64,000 nt of DNA from Candidatus Eiseniibacteriota bacterium. Its GTDB lineage: Bacteria > Arandabacterota > Arandabacteria > Arandabacterales > Arandabacteraceae. The notes beneath the pieces are model-generated. The model did no database searches. It saw nothing but the letters and a program-made list of their open reading frames with translations, and was not told where the DNA came from. This document shows, piece by piece, positions 21,401 through 28,825 of the stretch (position 1 is the first letter of the stretch; every line of letters starts with the position of its first letter). Location of the stretch: contig JBDRNT010000161.1 of NCBI GenBank assembly GCA_043810925.1, forward strand, positions 77,975 to 141,974, written 5' to 3'. Both the position numbers and the translations under genes were made by a program.

Positions 21401-21797
21401 CGCCGCCGAAAGCGAGGGGCAAGCCCTGGGGGCCTCGCCGAGCATGATCGCAAAAGCCGCAAAGATGGTGAACAAGGCTCTGGCATCGGATCTCATTGAC
21501 CGGATCCGCCGGTCGGACAGGTACTTTAAGGAAGTGCCGTTTGCCTTCGGTGCCGACGGCACCATCATAGAAGGTAAGATGGATGTTGTCTTCGTGGAGG
21601 GCGATCGAATCACCGTTGTTGACTTCAAGACCGATAAGGTCTCACGACCCGACCTCAAGCATAAGGCGGAAACTTACAGAACCCAGGCCGATACCTACGC
21701 CCGCGCCATCCACTCCATCTTCGCGAGACCGCCCCACGAGGTAATTCTGTTTTTCCTCCACCTCATGGAACCCGTGGCCATGTCCAATGATGATTGA
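18492..21797 (+). CDS. addA: AddA/RexA-like UvrD helicase-nuclease
   Basis: AAAGTGKT, VDEFQDT, GDPKQSIYRFR, TVHKAKGLEFP, YVAMTRA, C-terminal GKMD...DFKTD nuclease. Confidence 0.9.
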   Translation: MKVDRRELVDRRDRDRASTDLSKNYIVEAAAGTGKTTTLVSRIVNLVTGKRAAPDNIVAITFTERAAAELKAKLRERLAGELSGGPGDCAAHVEEALRGLERMQVTTIHSFSAALLKERPVEAGVDPGFEVADEIVSTLIAEEVWQEWLSRHMDGDDPDLRHALLLGMTLEHMRGLAQTMRGNRDVLDLLPRARDIGSEAEDFVGAFGKILDELKTMTDEHCTSAADKAALHIKELTECARELAKIKDRKQIEAFIFTQIRFRSTGRLGNKGNWSPAETLGGVREKIEEASETHSNLALRIGHNALATLMHRLLDYISAYERAKANKGVLDFHDLLILSRAMLRDHAHVRDYFRKRYKYLLVDEFQDTDPLQAEIIFFLSEEQAGSARTWEDAVPAPGRLFLVGDPKQSIYRFRRADIEMYASAKAKLGKGALLSIHQNFRCVPSIVAVVNSIFSGLIRPPEDGAYQPDYVPLHFGRAEETLPPEHGVVLVYPPESVRESMTSAEERRTYESRCIAALIREMVGGGAKSVWDAQEERLRPVMLKDIAILLRAQTGLDTLEDALRLHEVDYRVIGGKHFFMRQEVQQLLAVLRSIENPYDTIALIAALRSPFFGISDDEIFMHHARAGGLNYLRSTGNSTPAGEALNLLASLHEIRNDVSVEALLHKLYCLTDAPVTYLLKPNGEQRVANLLKLADIARALYERGVYTLRGFVSWLSEREEEQAEESEAVTVEAGDDFVRILTVHKAKGLEFPVVILTDLAKMPYSRSERFILDRADQQIGVLAGSKSDGVRTENYETLSDFEDKRSQAEEQRLLYVAMTRARDFLVIPAYWMSDRETTKDGTPRPGSLLSYIADKLPDAETAMATGCPEGMMLHDASGLDLEPGTPPPFRLKVGRSGTPGAKTAAKELARWQDSQDSLAASFERGRALVAATEGVHLDGTAEPGEGVLFGNLVHRLLEVIDWERRDGLESAAESEGQALGASPSMIAKAAKMVNKALASDLIDRIRRSDRYFKEVPFAFGADGTIIEGKMDVVFVEGDRITVVDFKTDKVSRPDLKHKAETYRTQADTYARAIHSIFARPPHEVILFFLHLMEPVAMSNDD

Positions 21798-21862
21798 CCT
21801 CCTGACTTCTTGTGCTGAGTAAACTTAGCAGCATCGTGCTATCACCCGGGTAACGAAACCGC

Positions 21863-21891
21863 AAGACAAAGCGTTGATATTATGATATAAT
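21863..21891 (+). promoter_or_regulatory. sigma70 promoter (extended -10) driving the large ncRNA
   Basis: AAGACA-N17-TATAAT with TG two bases upstream of the -10 (TGATATAAT). Confidence 0.65.
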
Positions 21892-21895
21892 GATT

Positions 21896-22290
21896 GGGTG
21901 CGGGGCCGGTGATGGGCAGTTTCTTTGGTCAGGAGGGTAATGGCACCCTGGCGTAGAGGCTTATGCTCAGGTGGGGTCAGACCCCGTTCCGGGGGTCCGG
22001 ATTCCTCTGCCGAGGGGCAGTTTGTGCCGAGACAGTCGGCCGGGTGGTGGGCTAAACGGTGGAAACGGCAGAAACGGCCTCGCGAAATCACCAGGCGGCA
22101 TGCGATATTAGCGCATGCGCGTCCTGTGAGGGAAATCTGGCAATAGGGATCGGGCGGCAACGCCCGGCGACACCTGTTGAGCATGGCAGAAGCGTTTCAT
22201 TCCGGTAGGCGGTGGAATATCCCCGAATCAGCCCCGGGGAGGATACTACGGCGCTTGAGACCACGTGATTTCCCCGCTCAGGAAACGGCA
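21896..22290 (+). ncRNA. Large multi-branched structured RNA, OLE-like (short variant)
   Basis: Nested long-range helices and many local hairpins (listed in the finding), no credible ORF, and its own promoter. Motif order resembles the 5' part of OLE RNA as recalled; not database-checked. Confidence 0.65.
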
Positions 22291-22356
22291 ACTTAACGGT
22301 GAAAGCTGAGTCTAAAGAGTAGAGAGAAGTACATACAGAAAAGGGAGGCCCATAAC

Positions 22357-25300
22357 ATGAATTTGAAGACAGTTGCGGTGACCACATGGGCATTATGCCT
22401 GGCGATCATGGCATCTTCAGGATACGGGTTTGTACCACCCGAGCGGATGCCGGCAGGAACAGTCGAGGAGGCACGCATGTCCATGGAGACCTCCCCACCT
22501 TCACAGGAAACACAAGAAAGGTGGGGGGTATTTGTGGCCCGGAACGGTGATGACTGGGAAGCTGTGTGGAATCCGGTCACAAAGACCCCTCACCGTATAT
22601 ACGGTCGAGGCATCAAGATTGCGGAGTCCGTCGGTGAAGCCAACGTTGCGGATCACATAACGGAGTTCGTTGAGGCCAATGCCGAGGTGCTCGGTATCGA
22701 TGCTCAAGATCTGCGCCTGCTCAGCCGTGAGAAGCATGGTGCCAGGTGGTATTCCGACTACCAGCAGGTCCATGACGGACTCGACGTCATCGGTGGCAGG
22801 GTTCATGTGAGACTTAAGGAAGATGGGAAGGTCACGGCCTTCGGCTCTGACTTCTATTCTGATGTGGCTCTGTCGACCTTGCCTTCACTCACGGATAGCG
22901 ATGCCCTGCGTCGGGCGTCTGATGATACCGGTTTTGACTCACTCACCGATGAGGTGCTCTCCTCAAGACTCGTTGTGCTCCCTGTCGTAAGAGATGAGAC
23001 CGCAACTCACCATCTGGCTTACGAGATAAGACTCCGGGTGGAAAGCGGTCCGGCGATTTGGAAGGTCTATGTCGACGCAGCCAGCGGCGACATTCTTAAG
23101 AAGCAAAACGAAATCTACTATGATTCCATCTATGGAGACGTAACAGGCAATATAAGAGCGATGTACATCGACGATCCGGACCAGGAAGAGCCATTCACCG
23201 ATCACTACGTGACCGTGACCGATTGGGGTCAGGCCGCCACCGATGCTGCCGGTTCTTACTCAGTTGAAGCGGGGACCGGCGGGATGCGTGAGGTCACGGC
23301 ATCACTTACAGGTACCTGGGTGAGAGTCACCAACCTCACTGGGGGCGAGGCATCATTCGCAGATTCGGTTTCACCCGGCTCGCTGGAAGACATCCTCTGG
23401 GACGACTCGAACTCGCGGGCGGATGAGCGCAATGCCTACTACCACACAGACGTGGCGCACGCGAAGATAAACGAGATCGACCCATCATTCACGGGTATGG
23501 ACCGGCAGACCCCGGTGAGAGTCAACCAGTCCGATTACTGTAACGCCTTCTGGGACGGCAACGGCATCACCTTCGGCGCCGGTTCAGGCACATGCCGGAA
23601 CCTCGCCATGTTCTCCGACGTGATTTATCATGAATACGGTCACGGCATCACCGACTTTCTTTATAGACCACTTTCACCTTCGGGTGCGATGCACGAGGCC
23701 CTCTCCGATTACTTCGCATGCACGATAACCGACGAACCCTACATCGGTGAGGGAATCTTCCCGGGCGGCTATTTCCGGAACTCCGATAACGATCTCAGGT
23801 ATCCCGATGATCTTACGGGTGAAGTCCACGACGACGGACGGATTCTGGCGGGCGCGCTCTGGGATATGAGAGTAGCTCTATCCCCGGACATCCACCTGGC
23901 CGATTCGCTTTTCCATTACGCGCGTTACGCTAAGGCAGACAACTTCTTCGATTACTACTACGACGTGCTTGAAACCGACGATGATGACGGTGATCTCTCG
24001 AACGGTACGCCTCACTTCTACGCGATAGCCGGGGCTTTCGGCGCTCACGGAATCGGCCCGGGACTTTTCATCGACATCCTGCACACCCCCGTAACGGATT
24101 CGGAAGACTCCACGGTGACATTTGACGTTGTCGCAGAGATTACATCCAACCTCTCACTCGATCCCGATTCGCTTGTTCTTTATTACTCAACGGGTGGTGG
24201 ATACACCGCCGTAACGATGACGGGGACCGGGAACCCCGATGAGTATTCCACGACGATTCCCGCGCAGTCTTTCGGAGCCACCGTCGACTACTACATTTAT
24301 GCGAGAGTCCAGAATCTCGACGACTTTGCAACCGATCCATCCGGTGCGCCCGCAAGCTTCCATACCTTTGCAGTCGGTAACGACAGCGAAGCGCCGGTGA
24401 TAACCCATACGCCGCTGGACGATCAGCCGGACGCGGGTTGGCCTCCGACCGTAACCGCAGAGGTGACCGATAACCTCGGGATCGCATCCGTGATGCTCGA
24501 GTACACTAAGAACTCTGTTCCCCAGACACCCGTGGCGATGATGAATGTCCCGGGGACTGATACCTACGAAGGTACGTTTGCGGTTGCGGCCTCAAGCGGT
24601 GACTTTATCGACTACAGGATCCTGGCCACCGATGCGTCTGCGTCGGCAAATATCACGGGAGACCCTACAGTGGACCTCCACACGTTCGGAATCGCGACCG
24701 CCGATTACTACACGTTTGAAACCGGTGAGGAGGGCTGGTCCCACTATCCGCCCAGTGGGTGGAATGACGAGTGGCACTTAAGTACAACCCGGAACCATAC
24801 CGATGGCGGTGGTACCAGCTGGAAATGCGGCTCGACCGGTGGCGGGGATTACGGAACGCATCTTAAGGCGTTTCTCGAGACGCCCACCCTCACGATAGGG
24901 GAAGATGCCATGCTGGTGTTCTGGCACTGGATCGATGCTGAAGTCTATGAGCCGGTCCAGGGATCGGGAATAGCCTGGGACGGCGCGTCTCTCACCCTGC
25001 TGGATTCAACGGGAACAGGAATACCCATTGATCCCGTGGACGGTTATCCGTACAGGATTGTCCCGGGCTCTGAGGCGCCGTTTACGGATAACAAACCCGT
25101 CTATTCAGGCCGGAGTGGTTGGGAGATGGCGGTCTTCGATCTTTCTGCATACCAGGGTGAAGGCAAGATCAGGTTCAAGTTCGGTTCCGACAACTACGTG
25201 GGCGCTGAAGGCTGGTACATCGACGATGTGATGATATGGAGCCGTGATGTCCTGGCCGGAACGGGCGGGGGATGCCCGGAGGACTGCCTGCCGACCGGCC

Positions 25301-25590
25301 ATGTGCCGGTGGCATTCAGCCTGGGACCGGTGCTTTCCAACCCCACACGCGGTGCGACCGGAATTTCCTATGCCGTACCTTCGCCGGGCTCTCACGTCAG
25401 TATCAGGGTCTTTGACGTAAGAGGCCGCCTTGCAGCAACTCTGGTAAACGAGGCCAAGGTGCCGGGCAGGTACACAGCCCAGTGGAACGGACGAGACGGA
25501 AACGGCAACTCCGTCTCACCGGGGATCTACTTCATCAGAATGGACGCCGGTACTTTTGACACAGCTACGAAGGTAATGCTTATAAAGTAA
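22357..25590 (+). CDS. Secreted M4 (thermolysin-like) metallopeptidase with FTP/PepSY propeptide and C-terminal FlgD-Ig/T9SS-like domain
   Basis: Signal peptide; NAFWDG, YHEYGH (HExxH), GAMHEALSD, EVHDDG; C-terminal NPTRG...FDVRGR...WNGRD...PGIYFIR. Confidence 0.88.
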   Translation: MNLKTVAVTTWALCLAIMASSGYGFVPPERMPAGTVEEARMSMETSPPSQETQERWGVFVARNGDDWEAVWNPVTKTPHRIYGRGIKIAESVGEANVADHITEFVEANAEVLGIDAQDLRLLSREKHGARWYSDYQQVHDGLDVIGGRVHVRLKEDGKVTAFGSDFYSDVALSTLPSLTDSDALRRASDDTGFDSLTDEVLSSRLVVLPVVRDETATHHLAYEIRLRVESGPAIWKVYVDAASGDILKKQNEIYYDSIYGDVTGNIRAMYIDDPDQEEPFTDHYVTVTDWGQAATDAAGSYSVEAGTGGMREVTASLTGTWVRVTNLTGGEASFADSVSPGSLEDILWDDSNSRADERNAYYHTDVAHAKINEIDPSFTGMDRQTPVRVNQSDYCNAFWDGNGITFGAGSGTCRNLAMFSDVIYHEYGHGITDFLYRPLSPSGAMHEALSDYFACTITDEPYIGEGIFPGGYFRNSDNDLRYPDDLTGEVHDDGRILAGALWDMRVALSPDIHLADSLFHYARYAKADNFFDYYYDVLETDDDDGDLSNGTPHFYAIAGAFGAHGIGPGLFIDILHTPVTDSEDSTVTFDVVAEITSNLSLDPDSLVLYYSTGGGYTAVTMTGTGNPDEYSTTIPAQSFGATVDYYIYARVQNLDDFATDPSGAPASFHTFAVGNDSEAPVITHTPLDDQPDAGWPPTVTAEVTDNLGIASVMLEYTKNSVPQTPVAMMNVPGTDTYEGTFAVAASSGDFIDYRILATDASASANITGDPTVDLHTFGIATADYYTFETGEEGWSHYPPSGWNDEWHLSTTRNHTDGGGTSWKCGSTGGGDYGTHLKAFLETPTLTIGEDAMLVFWHWIDAEVYEPVQGSGIAWDGASLTLLDSTGTGIPIDPVDGYPYRIVPGSEAPFTDNKPVYSGRSGWEMAVFDLSAYQGEGKIRFKFGSDNYVGAEGWYIDDVMIWSRDVLAGTGGGCPEDCLPTGHVPVAFSLGPVLSNPTRGATGISYAVPSPGSHVSIRVFDVRGRLAATLVNEAKVPGRYTAQWNGRDGNGNSVSPGIYFIRMDAGTFDTATKVMLIK

Positions 25591-25620
25591 CCTTGATCCG
25601 TTATAGCAATCGAAGCGTTC

Positions 25621-25712
25621 TGTCATCGCGAGCGAAGCGTGGCGATCTCAAACGTAGCGTAGGGGTTCCACCCCCGGCGTAAAGACCGTCGCCGCAGGAG
25701 CGACGACGCTAC
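25621..25712. repeat. REP-like palindromic elements between convergent genes
   Basis: TGTCATCGCGAGCGAAGCGTGGCGATCTC followed by GTAGCGTAGGGGTTCCACCCCCGGCG...ACGCTAC. Confidence 0.55.
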
Positions 25713-25715
25713 ACC

Positions 25716-26534
25716 TTACTCATCCGGCGGTGGTGACTCTTCGGTGCAGATTTGGCCGTAGAGTGCCGGTTTCCTGTCGTTAAGGAGATGGTTTTGCGGT
25801 GTGACCATCTTGTCGAGTGCACGTGTCGGATCGATCTCAATAATTCTCAAGTCCTCTTCCTTATCATCTGATCGCACGAGTATCTCACCGCGTGGCCCGA
25901 TTATCTCGCTCGTGCCTATATAGCTGAGCTCGATGCCGGCGCGGTTCTCACTCCCCACACGGTTGGCCGTGATAGCGAATATTCCGTTTTCAATGCACCG
26001 CACTATCATTGCCCGTGGGCAGTGAGGAAGGACAAGATTGGCCGGATGGCATAACACCTGTGCTCCCTTGAGAGCCTGCACGCGTGCCACCTCCGGAAAT
26101 ATCCAATCGAAGCAGATCATGAGACCGATCTTAACGCCACCAAGGTCACATACCTCAAAGAGGGTATCACCCGGAGTGAACATCTCCTTTTCACGGTCAA
26201 AGAGATGCACCTTTCTATAGCGCGCACCGATCTCACCGTTGGAGAACAGGTAACACGAGTTGTAGCAGTCGTTGCCGTCGCGTTCGGCGATTCCGGCAAC
26301 GATGGCGGCTCCGGACTTGAGTGAGAGTCCTCTCAAGAAAGTGAATGTCGGCCCCGTCTCATTCTCGGCCATTCCGAGGAGCTCGTCTCTGGATTCGAAG
26401 ATGTAGCCGGTTGCGAAAAGCTCGGGCAGTACGATCAGGTCGGCCTTGGCCGAGTCCAGGAAACCTGCAACTCGTTCGAAGTTCGATTCCTTCTGGCCGA
26501 AGATGGGGCCGAACTGTAAGTAGCCGACTCTCAT
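25716..26534 (-). CDS. Carbon-nitrogen hydrolase (nitrilase family)
   Basis: E-K-C triad: LPELF, YRKVHL, ICFDW. Start MRVGYLQF after GGAGGGAG. Confidence 0.93.
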   Translation of the reverse strand: MRVGYLQFGPIFGQKESNFERVAGFLDSAKADLIVLPELFATGYIFESRDELLGMAENETGPTFTFLRGLSLKSGAAIVAGIAERDGNDCYNSCYLFSNGEIGARYRKVHLFDREKEMFTPGDTLFEVCDLGGVKIGLMICFDWIFPEVARVQALKGAQVLCHPANLVLPHCPRAMIVRCIENGIFAITANRVGSENRAGIELSYIGTSEIIGPRGEILVRSDDKEEDLRIIEIDPTRALDKMVTPQNHLLNDRKPALYGQICTEESPPPDE

Positions 26535-26711
26535 ATCCTTCACTCCCTCCGTGTGGCTGGGGGTTTTGACGCGCCCTTCTGCGCCATTCCTCCCGAACCT
26601 GACCCTGAGTCCATGGTTCCCGAACGAGCCAGCACAATTCAATCTACCATATCTCCATGTGAATAAACAAGTTCTTCGCTTCTACCCGGGCGAACGTATC
26701 GATCCCCGCGA

Positions 26712-26727
26712 TGGCATGATACGTGCA
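26712..26727 (+). promoter_or_regulatory. sigma54 -24/-12 site
   Basis: TGGCAT-GATAC-GTGCA (GG-N10-GC). Confidence 0.5.
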
Positions 26728-26885
26728 ATGTGTTAGATCGGGTCGCGCAACACACTCCCTCAAGGAGAAGTAAAGACAGGCGATTCGGGGGTTCGCACAA
26801 GCCCCGCACAAAAAGGTGCTCCCGCAACCATGGAGCGAGCCCCCGACCACCTGTCATCAGGAAAAGAAACCCAGGAAAAGCAACC

Positions 26886-27662
26886 ATGAAAGATCAACCT
26901 TATTACTACGACATGAAAGACAAGACCAAGGAGCCGACATTCTTCTTCATGTTAAACTGCGTGCTCCTTACCCGTGTAAACAACGGTCTCGAATCTGATG
27001 ACAACCAGTTCGAACAAGAAATCAATGTCTACCTTGCAAATCTTCTAACGGCATTTGCCAATCCTTCGTACATCGAACGTTTAAGACCGTACCTTTCCGA
27101 GCACGACATCGAGGTGTTCAGGCGGCTTGAGGGTTCAACTGATGCCAGGCTCAAGTATACCGTCTATAAGGCGAATGCCGATTTCCTGCTCTTCTCGATA
27201 GGCGTGTTCGACTCAGCCGGCGAGGAGTTGCTGCCACTTGGACCGGAGTTCAGACACGGCCATCAGGGTCAGATGGGAAAGGCACAAAGCTACTATCACT
27301 TCGCCTTTTCATACAGCAAGAGACTGCCCGCCGTGGGTGACACCGTTGCTGAGGTCTTGGAACAGCTCTCAAAGGGGTTCGAGAAGTACGTAACCATTCT
27401 GACGTATCTCCGGGGAGAGTACTTCGACATAGTCAAGCGAATCTCGGATGGGGAGATCTATCACCTCAATCGTTCAGTGGAGGCTGCGGGGAAGAGAATG
27501 GAGCTTCGGAAAAAGCAGAATGAGTTTCTCGATGCCTACATGGACTGGAAGAACCGGGGTACAGGAGAATCAAAGGGAAGAGTGATTTCAATTGCGGAAG
27601 AGCTCAGGTGTCTCGATCCCGCGTTCACCTACAAACCTGCGCAGCAACTCCGAAACGAATAG
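26886..27662 (+). CDS. Hypothetical helical protein
   Basis: Long ORF with protein-like composition from MKDQPYYYDM; no recognised motif. Confidence 0.75.
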   Translation: MKDQPYYYDMKDKTKEPTFFFMLNCVLLTRVNNGLESDDNQFEQEINVYLANLLTAFANPSYIERLRPYLSEHDIEVFRRLEGSTDARLKYTVYKANADFLLFSIGVFDSAGEELLPLGPEFRHGHQGQMGKAQSYYHFAFSYSKRLPAVGDTVAEVLEQLSKGFEKYVTILTYLRGEYFDIVKRISDGEIYHLNRSVEAAGKRMELRKKQNEFLDAYMDWKNRGTGESKGRVISIAEELRCLDPAFTYKPAQQLRNE

Positions 27663-27855
27663 AAAAATCCCCGCACATAGCCGCGTGTTCAGAATATTCT
27701 TGATCCCGGATTTAACCAGGTGGGTGCCCTCACACACGCTTCAAGTCTTCTGACAAAAGCCAGACGTGCAATCCACGTGAGATTTCGAGCTCCCTTATGC
27801 TGCTCTGTTGGCTCAGAATACACTGAAAACATCGCGCGCAACGGCAGGGATTTTA
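27663..27855 (-). ncRNA. ssrS: 6S RNA
   Basis: About 190-nt rod with closing stem AAAAUCCCUGC/GCGGGGAUUUU, UUCAGUGUAUUCU/AGAAUAUUCUGAA, a central bubble, and 6S-typical GGGAGC...AGGGCACCCACCUG. Strong promoter upstream. Confidence 0.78.
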
Positions 27856-27896
27856 TTGGTTGTTTATTCGATTGTCAACAGCCTCAATCTATGAAC

Positions 27897-27925
27897 AGTA
27901 TATCAGACCTCTCAGAAGCTGTCAA
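27897..27925 (-). promoter_or_regulatory. Near-consensus sigma70 promoter for 6S RNA
   Basis: TTGACA-N17-TATACT with extended TG. A second TTGACA-N17-TAAAAT lies at 27850-27878. Confidence 0.75.
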
Positions 27926-28058
27926 CAATTCTAGAGGTAGAGTTGTGCGTCACTTCGAGAAGCGCTAGCGACGAAGCAATCGTTCCGGCTCGTACACCAC
28001 CCGGTTTGCCACGACTCCACCGGCGTCTCGCATTGACAGCAGCGAGCGTGAGGGAGGA

Positions 28059-28676
28059 TCACCTGAACATGTGTTTGATCGAACCCCAGGTCGTGGGGGC
28101 CGTGGCTTGCTCCTTCGGGAGACAAGGATTGTGTCCTTTTACACCGAAGACGCCTGCGCAGTAGCTCGCATTCGGATAATCCAGGACATAGGGATCAGGG
28201 GTGAGTTCACATGCCATTGTGTTGATTGCGCCTGCGAGCGGGTGCGGCACGACACAGACCATCCCCGGAGTGTCAACCGTGATCCAGCCCCATCCGGGCA
28301 CACAAATGCTGTAGGGCTGACACTCGTTCCAGATCTGGGTGATTCCGTCACCGGACCATACGATATCGCCCAGGTGGCCATCATCGCAGTCGCTGAACAC
28401 GCAGCTGTATGACCCAGGCCACTCGACAGCATATTCGACGGCACGGTAGTCGACCAGATTGAAAAACACTGGAAAGAAATCGATGTCGACGCCTCCGACG
28501 TACGTGGTCAGGATCTCTTCACACGAATCGAGTACCGGGAACTTGCGGGTGCAGGCCCTGTTACAGTCATACGGCATGAGATGGACCGCAACCTTGGCAT
28601 TCTCATTACCAACCGCGAGCAGGCCGGTGGCTGCGAGCAGGATAAGGCAGACCAACACGATAATCGCCCTTGCCAT
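28059..28676 (-). CDS. Secreted Cys-rich protein with C-terminal TWGxIK motif
   Basis: Signal peptide; ~170-aa domain homologous to both ends of the neighbouring protein; ends PTTWGSIKHMFR. Confidence 0.82.
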   Translation of the reverse strand: MARAIIVLVCLILLAATGLLAVGNENAKVAVHLMPYDCNRACTRKFPVLDSCEEILTTYVGGVDIDFFPVFFNLVDYRAVEYAVEWPGSYSCVFSDCDDGHLGDIVWSGDGITQIWNECQPYSICVPGWGWITVDTPGMVCVVPHPLAGAINTMACELTPDPYVLDYPNASYCAGVFGVKGHNPCLPKEQATAPTTWGSIKHMFR

Positions 28677-28825
28677 TCCGATCACCCCTTTTCACAGACA
28701 AGCGGATCTGATATCGTTTGTTCTGAACAATAGTACCCGTACTCATCGTGGTTGCCTCATTGCTTCCTGTGTATAGGTTACCAAAGACATGCCCAGCCGT
28801 CAAGATACTCATTGGCCGGCTGCGA

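Noticed and set aside
21896-22290. Group II intron, RNase P or tmRNA as the identity of the large RNA
   Set aside because: It starts near GUGCG, but there is no domain V hairpin or RT ORF, no GAGGAAAGUCC/AACCCGGCUUA RNase P motifs, and no tRNA-like ends.
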